DNA from: Phoronis australis
Lineage: Eukaryota; Animalia; Phoronida
Assembly (NCBI GenBank): GCA_002633005.1
Contig: NMRA01000075.1
Location: 547,950 to 611,949 of the forward strand
Direction of reading: 5' to 3'
Length of the DNA: 64,000 bases
Part shown: positions 39,336 to 50,451 of the stretch, one piece after another
Position numbering within the stretch: position 1 is the stretch's first letter
How the letters are laid out: each line of letters opens with the position of its first letter
The notes under the pieces: generated by a model
Told to the model about the DNA's origin: nothing
Databases searched by the model: none
Seen by the model: the letters and a program-made list of their open reading frames with translations, nothing else
Translations under genes and position numbers: made by a program

Positions 39336-42300
39336 GACATTTTTCCATGCCTTACCGAAAAAGATATATTTATACATATATTATAGAATGTACTGTCGGC
39401 AATCCCTTGTTACGGCTATTTTGGTATTTATACTTAAATTTCAGACAATCACTAAACAAAACTCGAATAAGGAATGTTTTTATTGTTGTGTTTAGTTTGA
39501 CTAAAACCGGACCTTATTATCAACCTGCCAATAATCCATAGACAGTCTTTAATGAATATTCATGTCACAGGTGTACTGTCAGGGCCGTATTAATGTTTCC
39601 ACTTCACAATTGCCAAGTAAAGGTTTAGTTCAGTTATCATTAATACATAATAGCCTGGAAACAATTTGTTCAAATTTTCTCAATAAGTAACAATAATGAG
39701 CATATTTTCAGATAATTAGTTATTTGCTAAATTGAGTTTTGGGTATTGGTCTGAAACATTTATGTTGATTGCAAGACCAAATCGCTGTAGCCAAAGCTTT
39801 GGAAGGAAAATGATATAAGGTTATTCCAAGTGTCATGCCAGCAGTGTTTTCTTTCATAGTCACGCGTGTGCATAGTGATGGTGCTTTACTGGATTTCCAA
39901 AACTGTCTTTTTAAGAAATACTCACAGGCATAAGCAAAATACAGGTGACAGGTTACTTCTCATAGATCTTTTCACTGTAGTGGACACTCCTCAGCATCTG
40001 CCACAGGTATAGCACTCACAGATGGCGATACCAACCACCCGAGTGAGTATGGACTCAGCAAGTTGAATACAGCGCCCTCATCCACAGGTACACATGTACT
40101 TATGTGAGGCTGAAAAAATCCACCTTAATTTTGAGTTGTAGCTTGAAAATCACCTCAACATGAAGGGAAATTTTGTTTTCAACAACATTCTTGTTGGTGT
40201 CAGCATAGCGGCAAACCTGTTGTTCTTCTTCAAAAGCCAGTGGTCCATTATTAAAATGAAGTTTTATGACAGTATAATTTTCAGCATTTCAAGTGGCATA
40301 TTTCAGTGATACATAGCAAATGTATTTTATTAGAGGTTTTCAGTTTTGCTACCTAAAAAACGTCTGTCAAGGGTGTTGAGTTATCAAAATTATGAAAAAC
40401 AGTTCTAAAATTACTTTTTATACGCGTAAAAGAGTTGCTTTCCTTAACAGAGACTCGAAGAGAATTCCAGTTGTTGATGCACATCATAACTGTAGACCTT
40501 CTGAGTGCCTGACTGAACAACGGAGGAATTGCATATGCGGTGGAGGATCTCAAGTCACTACGATAGCCTTGCCTAGAGTATAGATTAAATATTTTCGACA
40601 GAGGCGTTGTTGACATTGTTTACTACTTTGAAAGTAAATGTGGTCATGGGAAGATTGCGTCGAGTAGACAGTTTGGGCCACTTGAGACTATTCAAAACCT
40701 TAACACTATTGGATCCCCTGTAAGCTCCGGTTATGAGTAAGGCAGCTTGATACTATAATTTCTCCAGCTGTTGGAATGCGCCCGTGTTGCAGACTGATAT
40801 ATAATATCACAATAATCGATGTGTGGAAGTATAAAGGGTTTGAACAAAACAGAATACTTTGAGCAATGATCCTCTCGAAGATTTTGGATAGGGTGTTAAG
40901 TAAAGTTATTGGGTGATAATTGGATATTTCAGTTTTGGAGTCTTTTTGTGTATAGGGACCATAGTTCCATGTTTCTAAGAAGACGGATATATACCCAGCT
41001 GAAGAACTTTGTTAAACAGATTGGTCAAGGGCATGGTAATTTCGTTGGCAATCATTTTGATCATTTTGCTGGTGATTAAAGCTATGCCATCATTCTTATT
41101 GGTGTCAATTTCATGAGATACTTCCGGACATCAGTTTGATTAGCCGGGATATCAGACAATTGAGTGAGGCAACGTTCACGAAGAAAGGGAAAGTTACCTA
41201 CATGTACTTCAGTTGGTGTAACGTGGCTTTTGTTCATGAAAATTTTGAGAAACAGGTCATACTTGTCACTGCTACATGTACTTGGGGCATGTTCACCATT
41301 GTGGTTGATGACAGGATGAGAGGATTGTTGTTGACTGCCGCATATTTTATTGATGACGTTCCAGTATTCTTTGGAGTTCTTGCTTGTACGGTTAATTTGA
41401 TGAAAAAGCTTGTGGTGGTGATCAGCTTTGGCTTGATTTACTAAAAGTTTCAACCGGGCGTGACTGTTGTTTGTATCTGTTGTAGATTATAGTTTTGTTA
41501 GAACTTCTGAAAGAGCTGTAAAGTCTGTTTCTTGTGCGGATTGCTCGTTTAATATTATTGTTGAACCACGGTTTGCTGTTGTATTTAATTATCTTTTCAT
41601 TTGATGGGAGAGTACTGGTGAAGAGTGAAACAGTGTCATCAATGTCGCCAGTGTCCAATATGGAATCCCAGTCAGTGTAGGTGATATCCTGACGTTATTT
41701 ATTGGTGTCGACTTGATCATATTTCCAAATGGTTTGCGTAGTGTGTTGTTCTTTAACCGTTTTTTAGGTGTTCAAGTGGTTTCGATTGTGTTGTTATCAG
41801 AATTGCCAACAGGATGTTGTACAGGACATGAGTCAATGATACTCAAATTGTTTGTTATGCAGAGATCAATACATGAATGAGAAACGTCGGTGATGCGGGT
41901 TGGCTAATTATAGCTCACTTGCGAGTTTCTCGTTAGTCAATGTGACGTCACCGGAAAGGAGCAAAACTCACCATATTGCCCTTGATTTGGTCCGAGTCTT
42001 TGCTACTCACGCTAAATCTTACTGGATTTCTTACGGTGACTTTTACGCTAAAAACGTTAACCAACTTAAGAGATGGTAGGTGGATAGTGGAATAACTTTG
42101 AGTGAACGGTGAAAATGTGAATTTTTTATGTTGTGCGAGGCTGTGAACGGACTGAAATTGGAGCTTAACCCGATCTAGGCCTGAATGCCGCAGGCATACG
42201 GCTTTACAGGGGCGATAGTATATCCCCATAAAAACGTTACTCACTTAAATTACAGCAAATAAAATCAAATGAAACATGCATATGTGCACATGGAGTTATA

Positions 42301-42860
42301 ATTAACTCATATCCTGACTCTGTATACAATTTAATCTACAAATAACTCGAACATATCCATGAAAACCTGGCGGTTCGCTAGAGTTTCTCTCACCGGGCGC
42401 CATTTTGAGGAAGTAACGTGAAATCACGCCTGTTGACGAACAAACATTCCAAGGGACACAAATCTTACAAATTTCGCTTGATATTTTCTCATGCTATTTT
42501 GCAAGTGTCACGCGCCAGGTCTCGCGTTTAGCTCAGTCTCACGCTAGCCTTTGCCTCATACTCACCTGACTCAGTTGAAATACTGTCTGGTTATCGCGCG
42601 CGCGGTCAAAGTTAACAGTAACCACAAAGTGGAGTTGGAATTCTTCGCCAAATTCACCTGACTTCCCATAGCTATGCTTCATCGAAGATATGTCTAGAAG
42701 CAGAAAGGATCACTGGAGAAAAGGTAAGCGCCTTTTTAGGTGATAATTTTAGGTGTAGAATGTATTTTTGACGAGGTGAAAACTTAAACAATGAGCGGAT
42801 TTTGCATACCGCCCGTTAAAAGGTACTGGGCGAAAGTAGTACAGACCGTGATTAGAACGT

Positions 42861-44425
42861 TTACTTACTTACTTGTAAACATGGTGGTATCTGCTACCCA
42901 GCGTCGTCGTCAGCTAGGAGTCCATCTTCATCGTGGGTTTCGACCTTGACCTAGAACCCTCTCCGATGGTAGGTCTCTGAAGGCTGATCAGGCCTCCAGC
43001 CGACGCTGGGGTTGCCATTTGTTCTCACGCTGTAACCACAGCCACACGGTTGCTTCCTCCGCTGCTCTTACAGTAGACTTAAACATATCAGCTCGCTTTC
43101 TTGATGAAATGCCCAGTAGCTTCGTCATCCGCCACATGCTCCCAGCAATAAACCCTCGACATCCAACTTCTATGGGGAGACAGAAGCATTTCAAGCCATT
43201 CGCTGCACATTCCTGCGATAGCTCTGCGTACTTGAGTAGTTTCCTCTCGTGAGCCTCTTGCACCCTAGTCTCCCACGGCACCGTTAACTCGATCAAAGTC
43301 ACTATCTTCTTGCTGTCTGCCCACAACACTATGTCTGGTCGTAACTGGGTTACTGCAATATGGCTTGGGAATGAACCCCTAGTTACCACATCCGTCACCA
43401 TCTTCCAGTCGACAGCCATACCTAGAATACCTGAATCACGCCTCTTAGTGGATACCCCGCCTTTGTTGAATTGAATGAGTGCTTTGCCAGAGTTAGTCGC
43501 CTTCCTTCTCTCCAGATCTAAAACATGTGCAATACACTTGAGAATCTTATCATGGCGCCAAGTGTACTTCCCTGAAGTGAGAGCTTCTCTACAGCTGGAT
43601 AGAACGTGTTCTAAGGTACACCGCTTGCCACAGCCCCTGCAGCTGTCATCCTCAGTTTTGCCCCACGTTCGAAGATTTACAGGTGTTGGGAGAGTGTCAT
43701 ATATGGAACCAAGTAAAAAGCCCAATCTGAATTGGTCTGAAGACAGAAGGTCTTTACCAGTTATCCTTCTGCTGTTCACTCCTTCCCATGATGTCCATGC
43801 GCCCTGTTTCCTCAGTCCGACCGCTTCAGCATACCTTCTCTCGTTCTCCTGGGATCTAACTTCGTCCAAAACCATTTTGCGCCTCTCTTTGCCCGTTGAC
43901 AACTTCCACCTCTTCCCCGGAACCATTCCCAATCCCTGTCTTCCATGGCAGACGGTTCCCACGATATCTTTATGCCGTAACCTGCTCTCTGCCTCCTCCA
44001 CTGCTACAGCAGCCTTCCACTTTCTTCCAGAATCTACCGATAATTCACTCTCTCTGATCATCTCATCTCTCGAGTTCCGCAGAGTCAATAATGTTCTGCA
44101 CTTTATCACCTTGAACTCCTCCACAATCGATGTCACAGGCAGAGAAACTGCGCCTCCTTTGATGTATAAGCCGAGTCTTGCAAAACTTGGTGGGACACCC
44201 AACCACTTTCTTAACCATCTGCTCACCATCCTTTCCATTTTCTCTGCAGTTGAAATTGAGAAATCGTACATTGTCAGTGGCCACATAACTTTAGGGAAAA
44301 GTCCAAACTGGTAGTACCAGACTTTGAATCTGCCCGGGAGACCGCTCTTCTCAATCTTGATCAAATTGTCACTCAGCTCTTTGATGGCTGCCTTTACATG
44401 CTCCACATCTTTCAAAGACCAGCTG
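42861..44425 (-). mobile_element. 5'-truncated HERO-like RLE non-LTR retrotransposon
   Basis: 8-bp TSD TAGAACGT (42853-42860, 44426-44433), present once at the equivalent site of copy 3. (GTAA)n 3' tail. Confidence 0.92.
42988..44415 (-). CDS. RT thumb/linker + CCHC zinc knuckle + restriction-like endonuclease (C-terminal 475 aa; no true start)
   Basis: Uninterrupted frame with LPGRFKVW.YQ..LFPK..WPL, CRGC..TLEHVLSSC, YTWRHD, RPDIVLW, IELTVPWE, K..KY and PIEVGCRG. Confidence 0.88.
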   Translation of the reverse strand: MKDVEHVKAAIKELSDNLIKIEKSGLPGRFKVWYYQFGLFPKVMWPLTMYDFSISTAEKMERMVSRWLRKWLGVPPSFARLGLYIKGGAVSLPVTSIVEEFKVIKCRTLLTLRNSRDEMIRESELSVDSGRKWKAAVAVEEAESRLRHKDIVGTVCHGRQGLGMVPGKRWKLSTGKERRKMVLDEVRSQENERRYAEAVGLRKQGAWTSWEGVNSRRITGKDLLSSDQFRLGFLLGSIYDTLPTPVNLRTWGKTEDDSCRGCGKRCTLEHVLSSCREALTSGKYTWRHDKILKCIAHVLDLERRKATNSGKALIQFNKGGVSTKRRDSGILGMAVDWKMVTDVVTRGSFPSHIAVTQLRPDIVLWADSKKIVTLIELTVPWETRVQEAHERKLLKYAELSQECAANGLKCFCLPIEVGCRGFIAGSMWRMTKLLGISSRKRADMFKSTVRAAEEATVWLWLQRENKWQPQRRLEA

Positions 44426-45164
44426 TAGAACGTATTGTAGTACGAATCTGAATTTCATTTGTCATAACAGCAATGCTTGTTTTGCATTTTTTAACTAAAC
44501 GGCTAAAAACTCGAGGAAAACAACAGAATACACTCTGCTACCGTATTGGACAAATGGCAAAACGACAAGCTTCCAGTGACGTCACAATTAAGTCTCGCAT
44601 GATCTCGCAAAAGGACTATTAGCTGTATGGAGTCATTAGACAATAAGATATCAAACAATTCTAGTCCGGCCACATTGTCATGATCATCATCGTACCATGT
44701 AAAGTTTCGGGCATTAAAATCACCATTTATGTATGATCATACTACCGCTATTGCGGTTAAGTTCCGCCAACTGATCGGCTAGGGCTTTGACGAAGAGTGT
44801 TCTTTCAGTTGGTGACTGAGAAGGTGATCGATAAATCAACCCATAGTAAATTTTTATGTGACCGAAATCAATTTCGAACCAGTAGTTGCATAAATGAGGA
44901 CAAGTTAAGCTTGGACATAATTTAAATGTGAGTGTGTATTTAGTGAATAAGATGATGCCACGGCCACTGTTACTGTGATAGGCTACACTGTAACCAGAAA
45001 TGATTAGTTCATTATCAAAGTCGTCTTTGGTAGCATTACAAGTTTCAGAAAGAGCGACAGTCATGTAATCGTAAGACAGTTTTTAGAAGTTGGAATCTGG
45101 AGAAATTGTTGGATTTAATGCTATTAATATTTGAAAATAAGATTTTAAAGGTAGTGTTGCCTTC

Positions 45165-45206
45165 AGGCCCAGGATTTTCTTCAACATCGCCAGCTAAAAG
45201 GAAGCC
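45165..45206 (-). other. 2A-like ribosomal skipping (StopGo) motif at the ORF2 N-terminus
   Basis: GFLLAGDVEENPGP matches D(V/I)ExNPG|P and lies immediately before the APE domain. Confidence 0.85.
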
Positions 45207-46707
45207 CATGCCAATGACGATTTCGTATTCTATACAGGTGAGACACATCAGTAAGCTGAACCCGCATAACGTGATATTTCATTCGATGCCTTTGATAAGA
45301 ATTGAACTGTGACCATACGGGGGAAAACATTGTAAAATCAGAGAAACTCACTCTACTCGAGGCACTCAAATGACAGCCGTATTTAACAATTAATACACCA
45401 ATGCTTATTGACAATTCAATGGTTGTTAAATGAATAAGGTAGTCTGGACAATTAGTGGAGTCATGTTTAAAAACAAAAATATACCATCGGCTCGCTTACA
45501 GGTACATGTATATGAATGGCAACTTATAAATTTAATCTCAGGAAACCAGTTAGTTCTGTTGTAAGTGAATACAAAACACATATTATTTATTTGAAGACGT
45601 AATAAGGAAAGTCAGGTGATAATGATTGATCTAAAGATATGCACAGAGGAAATATGACCAATTAGTAACAGACAAAAGAATGTGAAAAATAAGAGTTTCA
45701 ACACTCAAACACGCTGAAGAAAACAAAAAATGAAGTATTAAATATCTCTCACTATGGATAACTTAGCTGTAACAGGTTTTAGAATTGATTTAAGTCTATA
45801 CGGCTTACCACTATAGGCCACCCAGTCATGAATTATCAGCTCATGTGTTTGGTGTTGTCTTCTGAATTGAAGTTAACTTTCTCACGGATTGGAAAACCAG
45901 TTTTCAAACGGATTATTTCAAATTGAAACTCATTATAAAGTAAAGTGTGGTGAAAGACAGTGCTCAACGTGATTTTTTCACGGGCAAGATAAAACAGTAA
46001 TAACTCAATTAATGTTATGGGGAACCATTCTGAAACCCACAACAAAAGTCACATGTACATGTAGTTGTAGATTCTGCACCTGACTGACAGAGAACAGAGC
46101 GACAGTCTAGAAAATAAAATCAATATTATAGTAAGTGGGAGGTATCAATAACACGACCGAACAGAAATGACACGCAAAATCAAAGTGACGTGTAAATTTA
46201 TCCTGACCTCCAATTTGGTATGCACTTGTTCACAAAATCAACGTTCTGCGAAACACAAAAGTCAGAAAAAACAATAATTATATAAGGAACAGCCACTAAG
46301 GCCGGAGCTCACATATCAGAATCCTTGTCTTATGTGAATATCATGCAATGTACGTTCTGTAACACATTCAAATTAAAATGTTGGAAAACATGTTTTTACG
46401 ACAACCAAAAGTACCACATTAATACATTCTGTAGGCAGTTGCAAAGATACTATATTATATTTTTGGTAAGGGTGCAACTGGGCAACTGTAAGAGGCAATA
46501 AGCAACAAAACTCATGCTCCAAACATGAATGATTTAGATGCAGATTAAGAATTCCATGCATTACCATCGCCTGTGGTCAGTATAAGGTGTCGTGATCGCT
46601 GCGGACCTGGATAGAGTGCACCACCACTGATAGTGAGGTACAGTGTTACTTGAGTGTGATCTGATATTGCATAAGGCAGAAAACCGAATGAAAGCGCTCC
46701 GAGGAGC

Positions 46708-46955
46708 GACAATTGGTGAAATTAACAGAAAAGACGACGATAGAGATGATGAAGAAGATGACGAACATGACGATGATTTTGGCAATGATGAACAATTCGA
46801 GTAATGATAAAATTCACAAGACGATTGTAGAGGCCAGACATCAGTAAATATACATGTAGACTACAACTCTTGAGCGACACTTTGCGAAATTAACTGAAAA
46901 GACGACGACAGAGATGATGACGAAGACGTCGAATATGATGACGATGGTGATGATG
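46708..46955 (+). repeat. Local duplicated GAT/GAC-rich segment
   Basis: GAGCGACA..TG..GAAATTAAC.GAAAAGACGACGA.AGAGATGATGA.GAAGA occurs at ~46705 and ~46872. Confidence 0.75.
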
Positions 46956-47583
46956 CTCCAAAACATCATAACATTCATATGACGCACTTAGATGTCATAA
47001 ATCAATAAGAAATAGGCTACAGTCTTGTTCAATATACGCTAACCAACATCAATGCAATAAGAGCGCTCAACAAAGGGGCAACGTAATCGAAGTGCGCATG
47101 CGCGAGTGCCAATATTTCCGCTATCTTTAAACAAAAGTAAATAATTGCCGGTACACATGTAGTGCACATCCGGTCCAATAATTGTGCTGAGTTTAAGCTC
47201 TGTACCTAAAAAATTGTAGCCTCCAGAAGCCTTTGAATCTTAAAATGAAAACAAAATGGCCGCGACAGCCGCCATCTTGGATCCGATTAGGACGAAAAAC
47301 AGTAGGCTTCCCGTACTTCTAAAACTACGTGTTATGTGACGAAAATTGCGACCTGTATCGTGCAAACAAATAAAAAAAACTTGATGGAAAACCAACATAC
47401 TTGTAATAAGTATATATAATATACATGTAATAAGTATCAGTGGGCAGGACAATTAGCTGATTATGTCAAGACATGAGGGAGGGTGATTGAACGCAAAAAA
47501 ATGAGGGATAGCGCCAGTGAATAATTGGATATGAATTACAATAGGACGAGAGAGCGGAATGCAATTTAATCTTCGCAGTTTTC

Positions 47584-48367
47584 TTACACTAGAAGGTCAC
47601 TTTCTGAAGAAACCCACTTTATCCTGTTATCATGCAGCTGCATCGTTACGTTACTGTCATGCGTCCACGTTTTAGCGATGGTTTTAGATTCTACGAGGCG
47701 GCGAAAGCTTGCGTAGAGAAGGGAACGTTGTTTAGGGAGATTTTCATTGTTGTAGATCAGGGATGGTAAGTTCAGTTTGCGGAGTTGACTTCTTGTTTGA
47801 AGGAAAGCAGCTCTGGTATTGTATGACACAAACTTACAGATGATAGGGCGATCTTTTCGCAAATCTCTAGCTCCATATTTACGTAGTTTGGGCCCGACTC
47901 TGTGAGATCTGATGATTTGTGGGGGATTAATTTCAAGACCCAGTTTGCGTCTCAAGTCCATCACATTTTTGTCAGTGGCTCCAGGTTTTTCATTTACAGG
48001 TCCATCGACTTCATATTATTTCATGTACGTCTCGAGTATTGCTCTAAGTTGTCTAGATTTGCTGACAAATTGTTGACTTGCTCATTCAGCAGCTGTATTT
48101 CTTTGTCTTTCTGGTTAATGATTGACTCGCAGTAGGCCTTTATATCGTCCAGGGCATGCTAGAGCAGATGATCACGGAGTGTTTTAATAACTTGGGCCGA
48201 AGTCAGTGCTTTTTTGAGCTTTGAAATGTCCTCATTTGAGTCCGATTCACATAGGGGCTTGTCCACCTGACGGAAGTCAAGGGAGTTTCGAGTAAGTTGT
48301 TTGCTCTGTCGTTTAAGGATGCGCTATCTTTGCTTGTATACCTCTTTCTTGGTTCGTCAGCACTCAT
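47584..48367 (-). pseudogene. LINE ORF1p relic (coiled coil plus RRM/CTD)
   Basis: QKDKEIQLLNEQVNNLSANLDNLEQYSRRT followed by IIRSHRVG..DRPIICKFVSY..IYNNENL..KTWTHD. Confidence 0.8.
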
Positions 48368-50451
48368 CGTGGGTGAGGTAGCAGATAACTTAAGACTTAA
48401 ATAAAGAAAATTAACTAAGAAATCTTCAGCACACTTTCAAACGCACGTCTGGCGGGAAAGAGGTCACGTGATCAATGTTCCTACTGTCCTGTAATGATGT
48501 GACCACTCCCAGTGTCCTGCAATTTGAGAACCAGATTTCTCCACTGAATAACAGGCATCAAATTTGTTGCGTCCCACGACTCCCACGGATGGTTTTGTAT
48601 AATTTCACTTTTCTCGCAACAAGCTTCAGTCCACCAGCACTTCTCAAGTTTTATTGCATTCAATCCGAGGCTTCATCGCTGATCCACATTTTTGTGTTCA
48701 AGTGGACAAGCTAGCTGACTTGCCAGTGGTGGATTTAAAGGGGGTTCGAAATTGGCCATGGTCTTCCTAAAATTCTCCCAGATCCCATTTGGCGGTTCGG
48801 GGGTGCAAATATTTGGCGAACTAAATCCTGGCTAATAGTCTGCCCCGCATGCCCTCAACTCAAAATCCTGAATCAGCCTCTTCTAGTAGAATATACTAGA
48901 AGGGTACAGAGTCCCTGGTGATAGACGATGCTTTTCTTATGGCAATGAAAACAAACACGAATAATTTTGCAATTCAAGTCCAAAGCCAGCAGGTAGAAAT
49001 TCAACCCACGACCATCGAGTGACAAACAGGGTTTATCCAACCACAAGAACATTACACTCAGTTTCAGTCACAGCATTGATAAAATTAGGGGTAGCCTTGT
49101 TCCAAGGCTGTATACTAAATACACTATATACTGAATATAAACCCTGGCTGCGTGCAATTTCGGGATCTATGGAAGAAAAACACACAGTGGTACCTAGCTG
49201 TATTTTGACTACAGTCTTCATACATCTAGCTGGCTGGCTAGGGACTAGGGTACTACTGCAGCCTCGACTCGAGCACAACGATCACTATCGAACTCGATAC
49301 GTAATTTTCCTACAGGTAATGGTTTAATCTAATTCTAAGCTTAATAATTAGACTGTTCAGCTCATACAGGAAGCAATATCGACACCAAAATGTCCAAGAA
49401 ACGAATAAATTACCTGGTTAAGGCGAACTTCTCTTCTTCGCAGCAGTTCCGGAAACAGCTGACTACATGTATTTGTCTCGAGTTGCCGAAAGGTCAAACC
49501 GCACAGCATTATGGGCAACATTCGTTTGTTTTGATTACGCAGATTTTAAGAAAATAAAAAATAAAAGAAAAATATTTGCAGAAAGTAGATAGACCCCATA
49601 CCTACGGCGGGTATATTTCAATGGTTCTTATGCAGATTTACGATGCTTATAAAACGTTTAAAAGCGGATCGCATGGCTTAAACGTTTATGTTATTCGCCA
49701 TACATGTACATGTAGACAAAAATGAACTTTGACGGCTGACATACTTTTATTGTATTTCAAATATACTAACTACTACCACTCCACCAATTCCTTTAAATTA
49801 CAGCTCTGACTTGTAAATTTGAAGGTTTACTACGCCGGCCAAAGATTTTGCCACATCCTATCTCCTACGGCAGACAGTTAGTTATTAATACTCCGCAGAT
49901 AGTGTCAACGATTCAGTGAAGGTCGAGGCGCTCCTCTGCTTACAAGAATCGGAAGTGGAAACATGTGATTGGTTCAATGCCAGTGATGGCGGTGGAGATT
50001 CGATTTGCAGTACAGAAATGACAAAAATTGAAGTGTTATATATTGGTAATTCTCAGCCAGAGTATTTCATATGAGGCGGTAGTTTTTAACGCAGGGACAG
50101 TTATGACAAGAGCGTTGGCATTTCACGACATGGAAGGTCAATACTCCCTGAAATACTACTTGCACGATAATGAGATGGCTACACAAAAGTTGTCGAACGT
50201 TGCAGCAGCTACTCTGAGCTTTAATTCTAAAAGGTGCACAATATCGTTATGAAGTTGAAACGTCTACCAAAATACAGCTGCAAACTGCGGCAAGCAGTAT
50301 GCATCTGCAACGAATTTCTGTTTGTTAAATGCGCATGTCGATCTGCACCTCAGTCACGTGACCTTTACAACGCAAAATGACCAAAACACGTTTTTGAATT
50401 GGCATGCGTTGCGCACACGTACATGTAGTAGCTTGTTAGAGAACTACATGT

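Larger units (their letters stand above)
41911..44618 (+). mobile_element. ~1.15 kb non-autonomous TIR DNA transposon, copy 1 (split by the retrotransposon)
   Basis: Termini TAGCTCACTTGCGAG...CTCGCAAAAGGACTA with TTA on both flanks. Removing the element and one TTA restores the LINE reading frame IQLISQPTRIT. Confidence 0.92.
40330..48450 (-). mobile_element. Decayed APE-type LINE (CR1/L2/Crack group), interrupted by a DNA transposon
   Basis: ORF1 relic 48367-47584 (LEQYSRR, RSHRVG, RPIICKF, ENL, TWT). ORF2 endonuclease (NINSI, ALSET, IYRSP, GDFNA, PTRIT..CIDLCITN, SD), KPWF linker and post-RT LEK..YQAALLITGA segment. Most of the RT core appears deleted; many stops and frameshifts. Confidence 0.85.

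Noticed and set aside
42890-42960. Hammerhead-like words (GAAA...CTGACGA) in the HERO 3' UTR, minus strand
   Set aside because: I could not form the required stems with canonical pairing.
43475-44314. 279-aa plus-strand ORF
   Set aside because: Antisense to the HERO-like ORF.
24335-50451. Interior of a giant Polinton/virus-like element bounded by the inverted repeats
   Set aside because: No PolB, integrase, capsid or ATPase remnants seen; the interior is a mix of unrelated repeats.
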